Origin: an uncultured Planctomycetota bacterium
GTDB lineage: Bacteria > Planctomycetota > Planctomycetia > Isosphaerales > Isosphaeraceae
DNA: 64,000 nt
Assembly (NCBI GenBank): GCA_963823665.1
Contig: CAWGMQ010000006.1
Coordinates: 576,001 to 640,000 of the forward strand
Direction: 5' to 3'
Shown here: one piece after another, positions 40,106-49,946 of the stretch
How positions within the stretch are numbered: position 1 is the stretch's first letter
How the letters are laid out: each line of letters begins with the position of its first letter
The notes under the pieces: generated by a model
Seen by the model: only the letters and a program-made list of their open reading frames with translations
What the model was told of the DNA's origin: nothing
The model's database searches: none
Made by a program: the position numbers and the translations under genes

Positions 40106-41479
40106 ATGAAAACAATTATCGAGCCATTCAAAATCAAAATGGTCGAGCCGATCCGGCTCACGACGCCGGAAGAGCGTGAAGCGATCATCCGATCGGCCCA
40201 CTTCAATCCGTTTCGGATTCGGGCCGAGGACGTGCTCATCGACCTCTTGACCGACAGCGGCACCTCGGCGATGAGCGACGAGCAGTGGGCGGGGATGCTG
40301 CGTGCGGATGAGTCGTACGCCGGAGCGCGAAGCTGGTATCGGTTCGAATCGGTGCTCCTCGAACTGACCGGGATGCCTCATATTCTGCCGACGCATCAGG
40401 GGCGTGCCAGCGAGCGCATTCTTTTCGAGCTGATCGGCGGGCCGGGAAAAGTCATCCCAAGCAACAATCACTTCGATACAACACGGGCAAACATCGAACA
40501 TTCCGGCGCAGAGGCAGTCGACCTGGTGATCGACGAGGGACTCGAACCGCGAGCGCGGCATCCATTCAAGGGGAACCTGGACCCAAACAAGCTCGAGCGG
40601 CTGATCGCCAGCGTTGGGCCCGAGAGAATCCCGGTTTGCATGCTGACCGTCACCGACAACAGCGGCGGCGGGCAGCCCGTGAGTCTGGAGAACATCAGGG
40701 CAGTGCGCGCCGTATGTCATCGCCACGGTATCCCACTCTTCCTCGATGCGTGCCGATTCGCCGAGAACGCCTACCTCATCAAGATTCGAGAAGCTGGCCA
40801 GTCACACCGAACGGCTCGAGAGATTGCCCAGGAAATGTTCTCACTGGCTGACGGTGCGACGATCAGCGCCAAGAAAGACGGGCTGGTGAACACCGGTGGC
40901 GTGCTCTTGATTCGAGACAATGCACTGGCCCGCCGCGCCAATGATCTCTTGATTCTGACCGAGGGTTTCCTCACGTACGGCGGGCTGTCGGGCCGCGACC
41001 TGGAGGCCATGGCTCAAGGATTCAAAGAGGTCCTCGACGAGGACTACCTTCAGTATCGGATCCGTAGCATCGCCTATCTGGGTGAGCACCTCCTGGCCGC
41101 CGGAGTTCCGATCATCGAGCCTCCCGGCGGGCATGCGATCTACATTGATGCGGCCGCGGTGAGCCCTCATATTCCTCGGGAACAATTCCCCGGCCAGGCA
41201 CTACTGGTCGCGCTTTACCGGCATGCGGGGATTCGCGCCGTCGAGATCGGCAGCGTCATGTTCGGCGGCCGCGGCGACGGATCTGGCGAGCGATCGCATG
41301 CACGTTTGGAGCTCGTGCGCCTGGCCGTTCCTCGTCGGGTCTATACTCAAAGCCACATCGATTATGTTGTCGAGGCGGTTGTCGAAGTTTATCGCAAACG
41401 TGAAACGCTTCGAGGCCTCCGGATTGCCGAGGCGCCCTCGACGCTCCGGCATTTCACGGCGAAATTTGAAGAGGTTTAG
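40106..41479 (+). CDS. tnaA: Tryptophanase
   Basis: IEPFKIKMVEPI, IDLLTDSGT, THQGR and PLP-Lys SAKKD. C-terminal LRHFTAKF has His as in TnaA (tyrosine phenol-lyase has Phe). Confidence 0.85.
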   Translation: MKTIIEPFKIKMVEPIRLTTPEEREAIIRSAHFNPFRIRAEDVLIDLLTDSGTSAMSDEQWAGMLRADESYAGARSWYRFESVLLELTGMPHILPTHQGRASERILFELIGGPGKVIPSNNHFDTTRANIEHSGAEAVDLVIDEGLEPRARHPFKGNLDPNKLERLIASVGPERIPVCMLTVTDNSGGGQPVSLENIRAVRAVCHRHGIPLFLDACRFAENAYLIKIREAGQSHRTAREIAQEMFSLADGATISAKKDGLVNTGGVLLIRDNALARRANDLLILTEGFLTYGGLSGRDLEAMAQGFKEVLDEDYLQYRIRSIAYLGEHLLAAGVPIIEPPGGHAIYIDAAAVSPHIPREQFPGQALLVALYRHAGIRAVEIGSVMFGGRGDGSGERSHARLELVRLAVPRRVYTQSHIDYVVEAVVEVYRKRETLRGLRIAEAPSTLRHFTAKFEEV

Positions 41480-41501
41480 GTGACGAACACCGCTGGGCGA
41501 G

Positions 41502-43388
41502 TCAACTGCTCCGTCCAGCCACGTCCCAGACTTTCTGTTCGCCGAGTTCTTCAAGGCCCTTGAGGGTGACCAATCTCGGGCAGCCGTCGCGATAGCGGAA
41601 GCGGCCGCGAACCTCGTCATACGTGCGGCGGCTGATGCACGGGAAGCCGGGTAGGGCGGAGCTTTCGAGTCGGGCGCCTAAGTTCACGGTAGTGCCGATC
41701 GCAGTGTAGTCCATCAAGTCATAAGTTCCCATATTGCCGAGGACGGCATCGCCGGTACTGACGCCGATACGGATTGCAAATGGCTGTAAACCGAGAATGA
41801 CGCGCGGCTCGTTGTGCTCTTCGATATCACGGCAGAGATCAAGCGACGCGGAAACCGCGCGGAGGGCGTGCTGCTGCCCGCGTAGGATGGCCATGAAGCC
41901 GTCGCCGCGAAAGGCGGTGACGAGCGCGTCGTGTTTCCGCAGCGTGGCGACGGCGTTGGCCATCATCTGATTGAGAGTGATCATCACGACCTCGGGCGCG
42001 GTGTCGAGTGCGTAGGATGTCGACCCTTTGAGATCGAGGAACAGAACGCTCAAGGGCTCGGTCTGGCCCGAGATGAGCGATTCGGTGTCTTCCGGCATGC
42101 CCCGGCCGCGCACGCGGCGGAAGACTCGTGCCCAGTAGGCCTCGGCATTGACGCTCTTGAGCTCGTCGCTGACACCGCGCACGAGATGGGCGCGGCGACA
42201 GGATTCGGCGAGGTCAAGAGCGGCGAGGTACTCGCGCGTCACCAGCGGACGCGGCTCGCCCGCGGCTCGAAATACGCGGGCGAGCTCCCACTGAGTGCGG
42301 GCCTCTTCCGCTTGCTCCCGGCTCGCGGCAAAGTGGTTCAGGGCGGCGCGGAGCTTCTGCTTGGACTCGTCAATCTGCCCTTGACGGCGCCGGATCATTC
42401 CCCAGGTGCGATTGATATGAGCAAGGCCCTCCGCAAAGTCGGCCGACCGGAAGATCTCCTCGGCTATCTGCGCCTCGGCTTCGGCCGCTTCGACCTGGTT
42501 TTCCGCAAGGTGCAGCAAGGCACGGTCCTTCCTGGAATAACCCTCGCTGATGGGCCAGCGGCACGCGTTTGTGCGGATGCTTGCGTCGAGCCAGCCGGCC
42601 GAGTCGATCCATCGCTCGCGTGCCTCGCTCGTGCGCCCGGCCAGGGTGTCGCGGTTGCCGCGCTCGAGGGCGATCTGCCCCAGGAAATTCTGCATGAGCG
42701 CCTCACCGCGCTCGTCGCGAGTGTTCTGCGCGATTCTCAAATCATCGAGGAAGCATTTCTCTGCCTCGTCGAGATAGCCCCAGTCGAGATGGAGCCGGCC
42801 GAGGTTGCCGAAGCTCACAGCAAGCCCCGTCTGGTCGTTCCAGATCTTCTTGCAGGCGATTGCCTGGCGAAAGAACTCCTCGGCGGCGTGGAAATTATCC
42901 CGTGCGGCGTAGATCATGCCGAACGTATCGAGGATGCGCCCGCTGCCGTAGTGGTCCTTCCCGAGCAAGCGAAGGGCCTGGCGCAGCTCCGACAATGAAC
43001 GATCCAGGTCGCTCGCGTGCAAGAAGTTGGCGCCGCGGATATGGGCCACGCCCGCTTGAAGGAGGGTATCTTCGGGGGCCGGGTCGATCGACGCGAGAAG
43101 CTGCTCCGCATCCTTGAAGCGGCGCTCGCGCATGGCGACAAACGCGAGGATGAACCGCGACCACTTCTGTGCCCTCGGGCCCTCGCCTGCATGCTCCACA
43201 AGGCGACGGGCTTCATCATGGGCACCGCGCTCCGCGGCCATCCAGCCCGCGAAGAAAAGCAACTCGTTCTTGCGCTGCGCATCCGGTGTGGCGGCGATCT
43301 CCTCGTCCAACTTCTGGAGGGCCATCTCCCAGCCGTACTGGTCGAGCAGCGCACGAATTCTGTCGCCGGCCTCGGGTTGGTTGAGCAT
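41502..43388 (-). CDS. TPR-repeat protein with C-terminal class III nucleotidyl cyclase
   Basis: TPR helices, then VLFLDLKGST, FRGDG, IRIGVSTG and DYTAIGTTVNLGARLE. Confidence 0.9.
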   Translation of the reverse strand: MLNQPEAGDRIRALLDQYGWEMALQKLDEEIAATPDAQRKNELLFFAGWMAAERGAHDEARRLVEHAGEGPRAQKWSRFILAFVAMRERRFKDAEQLLASIDPAPEDTLLQAGVAHIRGANFLHASDLDRSLSELRQALRLLGKDHYGSGRILDTFGMIYAARDNFHAAEEFFRQAIACKKIWNDQTGLAVSFGNLGRLHLDWGYLDEAEKCFLDDLRIAQNTRDERGEALMQNFLGQIALERGNRDTLAGRTSEARERWIDSAGWLDASIRTNACRWPISEGYSRKDRALLHLAENQVEAAEAEAQIAEEIFRSADFAEGLAHINRTWGMIRRRQGQIDESKQKLRAALNHFAASREQAEEARTQWELARVFRAAGEPRPLVTREYLAALDLAESCRRAHLVRGVSDELKSVNAEAYWARVFRRVRGRGMPEDTESLISGQTEPLSVLFLDLKGSTSYALDTAPEVVMITLNQMMANAVATLRKHDALVTAFRGDGFMAILRGQQHALRAVSASLDLCRDIEEHNEPRVILGLQPFAIRIGVSTGDAVLGNMGTYDLMDYTAIGTTVNLGARLESSALPGFPCISRRTYDEVRGRFRYRDGCPRLVTLKGLEELGEQKVWDVAGRSS

Positions 43389-43391
43389 GGT

Positions 43392-45612
43392 TCAGCTTGT
43401 TCCAAATCTCAGGAAGATCGACTCGATCGCATCGGCGGCGAGCAGCGTGCCCGATCGCGGCGCGTTGACGATGGTGAATCCATGTGCTCGTCCGTCGTAC
43501 CAAGGGTCGGCGTTATCGTACCCGGGCCGGGAGGGCTTTCTGGAACCAGTTACAGGATCAACCTGGCGATCGTCCGCTCCGAAGAGTTCGCTGCGGTGCT
43601 CCGACTCAGCGCGGTCGAGCAGTTCGCCGAGGCCTCGGAGCGAGGCGCCGCTCGCGCCCGTCACGGAGAGAATGCAATGGCGAACCTCATGCCGGGATTC
43701 GGAGACGAAGACTGAAAGAGCGATGAACCCTTCGCCGTCGGGCGATCGGTCGCGATCGCTGCGAGCCCAGTCCTTGAAGAAGATGCAGCGATCGGGATCG
43801 TCGGCGTTCTGAACATCGCGCACGAGAAGCGTGTCAACCGCGATTCGTCCGCCGAACTGGCCCGGGAGGCTCAGGCGGTTGATGCGGGCTCCTGTGCCAG
43901 GGTCTGCCAGCTTGCGGTGGTAACGCTCGATGTCGCCGAGCACCTCCTGGCGATCGGACTCGGTGATCAAGTCGCTGCACGCGAAGGCGTCGACGGAAGG
44001 GAGCGCGACCGCCTGGCTAAGGCTACGCTCGAGCGAGAATGCGATGAGCGCCAGGCCCTGCCGCACGCATGCCTGCCACAGCTCGTGGCCGGTTGGCCGG
44101 CCCTGCGCGCTTCGCGATGGACCAACTGCATATAGGCCGCATAAGGAGAGAATGGATTGAAGAGCGAATGGCCGATTGATCCCTCGTCGATCTTGTCCGC
44201 GTAGCGGACCAGGGCTTCGGCGCCGAGCGGCAGCTCGCCAGTGGTGAGTAACGCGTTTGCGAGCCAGGCTGCGACGATACAGTCAAAATCCGGCGCCTCG
44301 GGCAGCACGATCGTGAACGGTGCATATCGATCGCGACTGGCCGCGGCCGCCGCGGTGACGAGATGGCGGTTCGACAACACGAGCCGGGCCGTCGAGCCGC
44401 CATACGAGTGAACCTGGTGCTGGTCGATCACGCCGGGACGGAGGTCGTTGCCGATGCCCAGGAACAGCCGGTCCGGCGCGGCGCCGAGGGTGGTGCGGGG
44501 GAGCCGGCGGCGGCGAAGGCGAAGCGGATGGTGTTTTCGTGGACGAGAGGCGATGGTTCGCGCTTGACCGCGGCTGGGGGATACTTGCCGGCCGGGACGG
44601 TCGGCCGTTCGAGGCGTTCCTCGATGTAGTCGTCAAGGAAAGCTGCGAACTGCTCCATGCTCTGGTGACGATCTGCTCGATCTCGAGCGATCGCCTTCAG
44701 GCAGATGGAATCGAGCGCGAGATCGATTTCCGGGCAGTGGGTTGAAGGTGGCTGCGGTGGGATCGCGTGCCGCGCCGCTATGTATTGCGCTTCCGAGCTC
44801 TCGAACGGCCGCTGGCCGGAGAGCAGCTTGTAGAGGACACATCCCAATGCGTAGATATCGGTTCTCGGACCGATTTCCTCGGACTTGCCGAGGAGTTGCT
44901 CGGGAGACATGTAGGGACGAGTGCCGAGCCGCTCGTTCGTTGTGGAAATGCGGCTCTGCTCATCGTCCAGCAGCAGGGCGAGGCCGAAGTCGACAACGAC
45001 TGGGTTTCCCTCGGGTGTGACGATGATGTTGGAGGGTTTCAAATCGCGGTGGATGACGCCTTCCTTGTGGGCCGCGGCCATTGCGCGGGCGATGTCGCGC
45101 ACCATTGCCGCGGCCTCTATCGGCGTGAACGCCTTGAATTCGGACAGTGGTGCTCCCCGAACGTAGCGCAACACGAGGTAATGGGTGGCGTCGAATTCAC
45201 CGACGTCGAGTACCCAGCAAAGGCCTGAGTGCACGAGCCTGGCTGCTGCGCGGGCCTCGCGATAGAATCGCGCTTGCATCTTAGGTTCAGCGAAAATGTC
45301 GGGGCGGGGAATCTTGAGCGCGACGTTGATGTCGAGCTTGGAATCGACGGCAAGGTAGACCTGCCCCATGCCGCCGCCGCCCAGGAGTTTGAGGAGGCGG
45401 TATCGGCCGAAGTCGCGGGGGAATGGGGGGGTGGACTTCGATGGAAGATCAGGCGGCAGCGGTTTGGCGCCGGGGTGCCGTCGGTCGTTGGGATCCTGAT
45501 ATGAGGAAATCTCGGGGAGGGAGTGCTCTGGAGGGCGTGCGCTGCCTGGCCCGGCGGAGCTGCTTCGAGGGTCCTTGCCTGGCGGGTTTTCGTCAGATGC
45601 GGGAAGGTTCAT
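43392..45612 (-). CDS. Ser/Thr kinase fused to a DHH-like putative phosphoesterase domain (frameshifts near 44490 and 44100)
   Basis: GGGGMG, VALK, HRDLKPSN, VDFG and YMSPE. Joined frames give LFLGIGNDLRPGVIDQHQ...PDFDC...DKIDEG...PWYDGR..FTIVNAPRSGT. Confidence 0.7.
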
Positions 45613-45910
45613 GGGTCGCTTTCCCGATCAGCCTTGCCTGTCGACGGATCTTGTCGTGGATTCGCAACCGCATGCTTATGTTATGGGGTTCGGCGACCAT
45701 GCTCAATGATGCGGTGGCGACTCTGTTGCAGTTGGATCATTGCGGTCTCGCCGACGGTCATGGACACGGTACCGCCGCGTCCGGATGACATGCCAGTCAT
45801 CACTGTAGCGGGCGTTTGTTTTCGTTTCCACAAGCGGAGCCGGTTGCTTCTGGCCGAATCCGGGATATTCTGTCGGATGTTTCTTCCCGCGAGGCGCCGG
45901 AGAATCCGTC

Positions 45911-47950
45911 ATGCGTCGTTTTCTTTTGTCGGTCACGTGTCTCTTCGGAGCGAGTTCCGCCATCGCGGGCAACGCGGACGATGCGCCAGCCGTGAAATCG
46001 CCGGTTGTCGCGACCTCGCCGGACGGTCGCATCCGGGCGGAGGTCTCCGTCGACGTGCCCGGTGGGCAAGCTTCGATTCCTCACATCAGCGTCTCGTTCC
46101 GGGGCCGCGCGGTCGTGCTACCATCCCAACTCGGCGTCAATCTCGGCGACGGGACCCGTCTTGGCGGAGGCTCGATCGTCGAGGGCGTGACCACGCGATC
46201 GTTCGACGAGACGTACACCCAATTCCCCGGCAAGCGCAGCCGCGTTGTCGACCACGGCTCCGAAGTCATCGTCAAGCTCCAGGAGGTTGCGGCACCGGCG
46301 CGGCGATGGGAAGTGATTGTGCGCGCCTATGACGATGGGGCGGCGTTTCGTTATCGGTTTCCGGCCCAGGAGGGTTGGACGCGGCTGGAGATCTCCGGCG
46401 AACGGACGCGATTTCGAGTTCCCAAGGACGCGGTGGGCTATGCCCTACCGCTCAATTCATTCACAACGTCGCACGAAGCTCGTTATGAGAAAAAGCCAGT
46501 TGCGGAGATTCCGAAGGAGTGGCTCATCGGGCTGCCGCTGCTCCTCGAGCTGCCTGGTACCGGATGGTTGGCGCTGGCGGAAGCTGACCTCACCGATTAC
46601 GCGGGCCTTTACCTGGGGCGCGATGTCGGCGAGGGCACGACCCTGATTGGCAAGCTCTCTCCTTTGCCGAGAGAGCCGAAAATCGCGGTGCGGGCCGCGC
46701 TGCCGCACCAATCGCCCTGGCGCGTGTTGATGATCGCCGACAAGTTGGAGCGGCTGGTCGAGTCGGACATCATCCTGAATCTCAGCACCCCCTGCGCTAT
46801 CGCCGACACCTCGTGGATCAAGCCGGGCAAGACGACGTTCCCGTGGTGGAACGGATTCTACGAGAAAAACGTGCCGTTCAAGATGGGGTTGAACACGGCC
46901 ACCGCCAAGTATTACATCGACTTCTGCGCCGAAGCCGGCATTCCGTATCACTCGCTCGACGGCCTGGACAACATCGCGTGGTACGGTGGGCCGATCGTGC
47001 CGTACGAGGGGGCCAACATCACCAGGGGAATTGACGGGCTCGACCTCCAGGAGGTGATTCGCCACGCGAAGGAAAAGGGCGTCAAGCTTAGGCTGTGGAT
47101 GCACTGGAGAGCAGCGGAGACGCACATGGAACGCGCGTTCCCGCTCTATCGCGCGTGGGGTATCGAGGGCGTGATGCTCGACTTCATGGACCGGGACGAC
47201 CAGGAGATGGTTCGGTTCCTGCGCCGGGCCCTCAGGTTAGCCGCGGACAACCGATTGACGGTCACATTGCACGGCGTGGGGGCGCCGACTGGCCTCGAGC
47301 GCACCTACCCGAACTTGTTGACCAGCGAGGCAGTGATGAACCTGGAGTACGACAAATGGGACAAGCTCGGGATTCCGCCGGAGCACGAAGTGACCGTGCC
47401 GTTTACGCGGATGCTGGCTGGCCCGCTCGACTTTCATCAGGGTTCGCTTCGGGGTGTGCCGATCAGCGAATTCCGGCCACGAAACGACGCCCCGCTGGTG
47501 ATGGGAACGCCGAGCCGGATGCTGGCTTCGTACGTCGTGTTTCAAAACCACTTGCCGATGGTGGCGGACTATCCGTCGGTTTATCGCGGGCACCCTGCCC
47601 TGCCCGTCCTCGCGGCGATCCCCACGACGTGGGACGACACTCGCTGCTTGGCGGGCTCGGTGGGAGAATACGTTGTCATCGCCCGGCGGCATGGGAGCCA
47701 GTGGTGGATCGGAGCGATGAATGATCGAAAGCGGCGAGAACTGTCGATCCCGTTCAGCTTCCTTGGACGTGGAAAGTTTCGCGCCGAAATTTATTCCGAC
47801 GATCCTGACGGAAAGACGGCGCATCGGCTGAGCCGGCGATCAGAGGAAATCACGCCTCAGGAGGCGATCAAGGTTTCGCTGGGATCGGCGGACGGATGTT
47901 TGATTCACTTGACGACACTGCCGGGGACGGCTCCAGGGATCGACCGGTGA
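45911..47950 (+). CDS. Glycoside hydrolase family 97
   Basis: Signal peptide; RAYDDG.AFRY, SPWRV, WIKPGK, KYYIDF, LDFMDRDDQ, RTYPN, PFTRMLAGPLDF and PTTWDDT. Confidence 0.92.
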   Translation: MRRFLLSVTCLFGASSAIAGNADDAPAVKSPVVATSPDGRIRAEVSVDVPGGQASIPHISVSFRGRAVVLPSQLGVNLGDGTRLGGGSIVEGVTTRSFDETYTQFPGKRSRVVDHGSEVIVKLQEVAAPARRWEVIVRAYDDGAAFRYRFPAQEGWTRLEISGERTRFRVPKDAVGYALPLNSFTTSHEARYEKKPVAEIPKEWLIGLPLLLELPGTGWLALAEADLTDYAGLYLGRDVGEGTTLIGKLSPLPREPKIAVRAALPHQSPWRVLMIADKLERLVESDIILNLSTPCAIADTSWIKPGKTTFPWWNGFYEKNVPFKMGLNTATAKYYIDFCAEAGIPYHSLDGLDNIAWYGGPIVPYEGANITRGIDGLDLQEVIRHAKEKGVKLRLWMHWRAAETHMERAFPLYRAWGIEGVMLDFMDRDDQEMVRFLRRALRLAADNRLTVTLHGVGAPTGLERTYPNLLTSEAVMNLEYDKWDKLGIPPEHEVTVPFTRMLAGPLDFHQGSLRGVPISEFRPRNDAPLVMGTPSRMLASYVVFQNHLPMVADYPSVYRGHPALPVLAAIPTTWDDTRCLAGSVGEYVVIARRHGSQWWIGAMNDRKRRELSIPFSFLGRGKFRAEIYSDDPDGKTAHRLSRRSEEITPQEAIKVSLGSADGCLIHLTTLPGTAPGIDR

Positions 47951-47966
47951 AGCATGGCGGCCGGCC

Positions 47967-48323
47967 TCAATGGGCGTGACCTTCCACGTACTCCTTCAGA
48001 AGAACTGCCGAGTTGTGCTCCTCGTCGCTGGCGGCATAGATGAACGTCACGGTTTCCGCCCGGCACCTTTTGCGCAACTCGCCGACCGCGGTCTTGTTCT
48101 GGTCGAGCTCGGCCGCATAGCGCTTCTTGAACTCGTTCCACTTGGCGATGTCATGGCTATACCAGCGGCGCAATTCCTGGCTGGGGGCCACGTCCTTCAG
48201 CCAGCGGTCAATGGCGGCACGCTCTTTGGTCACGCCGCGCGGCCAGAGGCGCTCGACCAGGATGCGAAGGCCGTCATCGGGTGCGGCTTCGTCATAGGCA
48301 CGCTTCAAGCGGATCTTTGGCAT
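47967..48323 (-). CDS. DUF488 (YeaO-like) protein
   Basis: IRLKRAY..DDGLRILVERLWPRGV.KE..WLKDVAPS.ELRRWY.H. Confidence 0.9.
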   Translation of the reverse strand: MPKIRLKRAYDEAAPDDGLRILVERLWPRGVTKERAAIDRWLKDVAPSQELRRWYSHDIAKWNEFKKRYAAELDQNKTAVGELRKRCRAETVTFIYAASDEEHNSAVLLKEYVEGHAH

Positions 48324-48904
48324 TCGTGCTCCCCGTTCGGTCCTTGCTTCCCGTCGATCGACGGGCAGGCGGCCGCTAGAGCCTCGGACCATGTGCGCTC
48401 GCCTTCGTTGTGCTTCCGCACACTTTACCCTCGCCGACGCCCAGGGACGCGCGTCTGGGCAATGAGCTGCGTGCAAAGAAACGTCTACGATCCCTTGCAA
48501 CGGCATAATGAACGCATGTGGCGTATTAGTGGACAAATGGAACCAGGAAGCCAAGGGCCGGAATAAATGTTACACTCTCTCGTCACGTTTGCGGCCGCGG
48601 CTGTTTGCAACAGGCGACAGACTGGCGGCGGCAATGCGTACGGGTCTTTGCCTCGTCTTTTCTTCTCGGTCCGGTTTGGCCGGGCCGGGTGCCCGCCTCA
48701 GCCGCATTGAAATCCGAACAATACGGGATCAAGCTCTGCGGCGCAACACGTTAATCCAACATAGCTTTCTGACAATCGCGCAAGCTGCCCCGGATATTCC
48801 CTGTCCTGGGTAACCACGGAGGCTTCCCTGCGTCGCCACTCTTGCACGCGGGGGATCGTGCAGGATGCGCCCCTTGAGAGTACACCCGCACGAGGAGACT
48901 GCCA

Positions 48905-49915
48905 GTGCTTTGGTTTGCTTGCTGGATGTTCGCACTCTCCACCTATGAACGTGGAGCCGCCGAACCGACTGATTGGATGATACCGCCAGGCTGGACCGCC
49001 AATCCGTGGGGCCCCGCTGCAACCGAGGCACGCCAGAACGGAACACTCCCGCCGATTCCGATGACGGACGTGATGGCGAAATGGGACCATTGGGGACGAA
49101 GCGTCCTCCATGACGGAGATATCGTGTTCCGGCTGGGCGACGCGCGGACGATGCTCGGGTTTCTGCCGCTCTCCCGGTTTATTGCACATGCCACCGGCAG
49201 CAAGTACTCCCACACCGGAATCATCGCCTTGGAGGATGGCGTTCCCATCGTCTATGACTGTTCGTCGTGGGGGATCCAGCGTCAGCCGTTTGCTGTCTGG
49301 ATGCTGGATTCGATCGGGTCGTTCGGGGTCAAGCGGATCAAGCCGCACTTGAAAAACCATGTTGCCGGCGTGCTCGGCTATTGCCGGAAGGTCTACGCGG
49401 ACCAGGTGCCGTTTGACGACGAGTTCCGGATCGACGATTCCAGGCTGTATTGCGTCGAGATGACGGAGAAGGCATTCCGCTCACAGGGCCTGGCGCTCTC
49501 GGAACCGGTGTGCATCGGCGACTGGGAAAACCTGGTTCAGTATCCGCTCACGGCGATGGGAATCGTGCGCTGTTCGCGGTGGTTTGTGAAAAACGCAATC
49601 TCGCTGGACCAACCCACGTATGTGCCGGGGAACGACCACCAGGGAATCTGGGCTTCGCCGCTGCTCGACACGGTCTACCCGTACCCAAAGGCGGGCAAGA
49701 ACACGGTCAACTCGGCGCCCGCCGGGCCACCGCCGGCGCTGTGCGTCAAGGGCGACATCGCAGTGACGGCCTTCGTCGTCCGCGAGATGGGCCGATCGTA
49801 CTCGCAGCTCCCCTTGCGGCTGATTGGCGAGTTGCTCACGAAGGTGCCGGCGCAAGATACGTCGACGCGAGTCGCTGCCGGCACGGATCGCTCGAGCGCG
49901 ACCGAGGTGGAATGA
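48905..49915 (+). CDS. Permuted papain-like N1pC/P60 enzyme (YiiX/YebB-like)
   Basis: GDIVFR, YSHTGI, FD..F..DDSRLYCVE. Confidence 0.8.
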   Translation: MLWFACWMFALSTYERGAAEPTDWMIPPGWTANPWGPAATEARQNGTLPPIPMTDVMAKWDHWGRSVLHDGDIVFRLGDARTMLGFLPLSRFIAHATGSKYSHTGIIALEDGVPIVYDCSSWGIQRQPFAVWMLDSIGSFGVKRIKPHLKNHVAGVLGYCRKVYADQVPFDDEFRIDDSRLYCVEMTEKAFRSQGLALSEPVCIGDWENLVQYPLTAMGIVRCSRWFVKNAISLDQPTYVPGNDHQGIWASPLLDTVYPYPKAGKNTVNSAPAGPPPALCVKGDIAVTAFVVREMGRSYSQLPLRLIGELLTKVPAQDTSTRVAAGTDRSSATEVE

Positions 49916-49946
49916 CCTGGCGTTTGCCCGGTTGCACGTACGCTGC

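Noticed and set aside
39656..41479. 607-aa N-terminally extended tryptophanase
   Set aside because: The extension is a chance read-through of the GH relic. The conserved start MKTIIEPF at 40106 has its own RBS.
48330..48900. Possible ncRNA in a ~570-bp intergenic region
   Set aside because: No recognisable RNA family, strong hairpin or repeat could be supported by eye.
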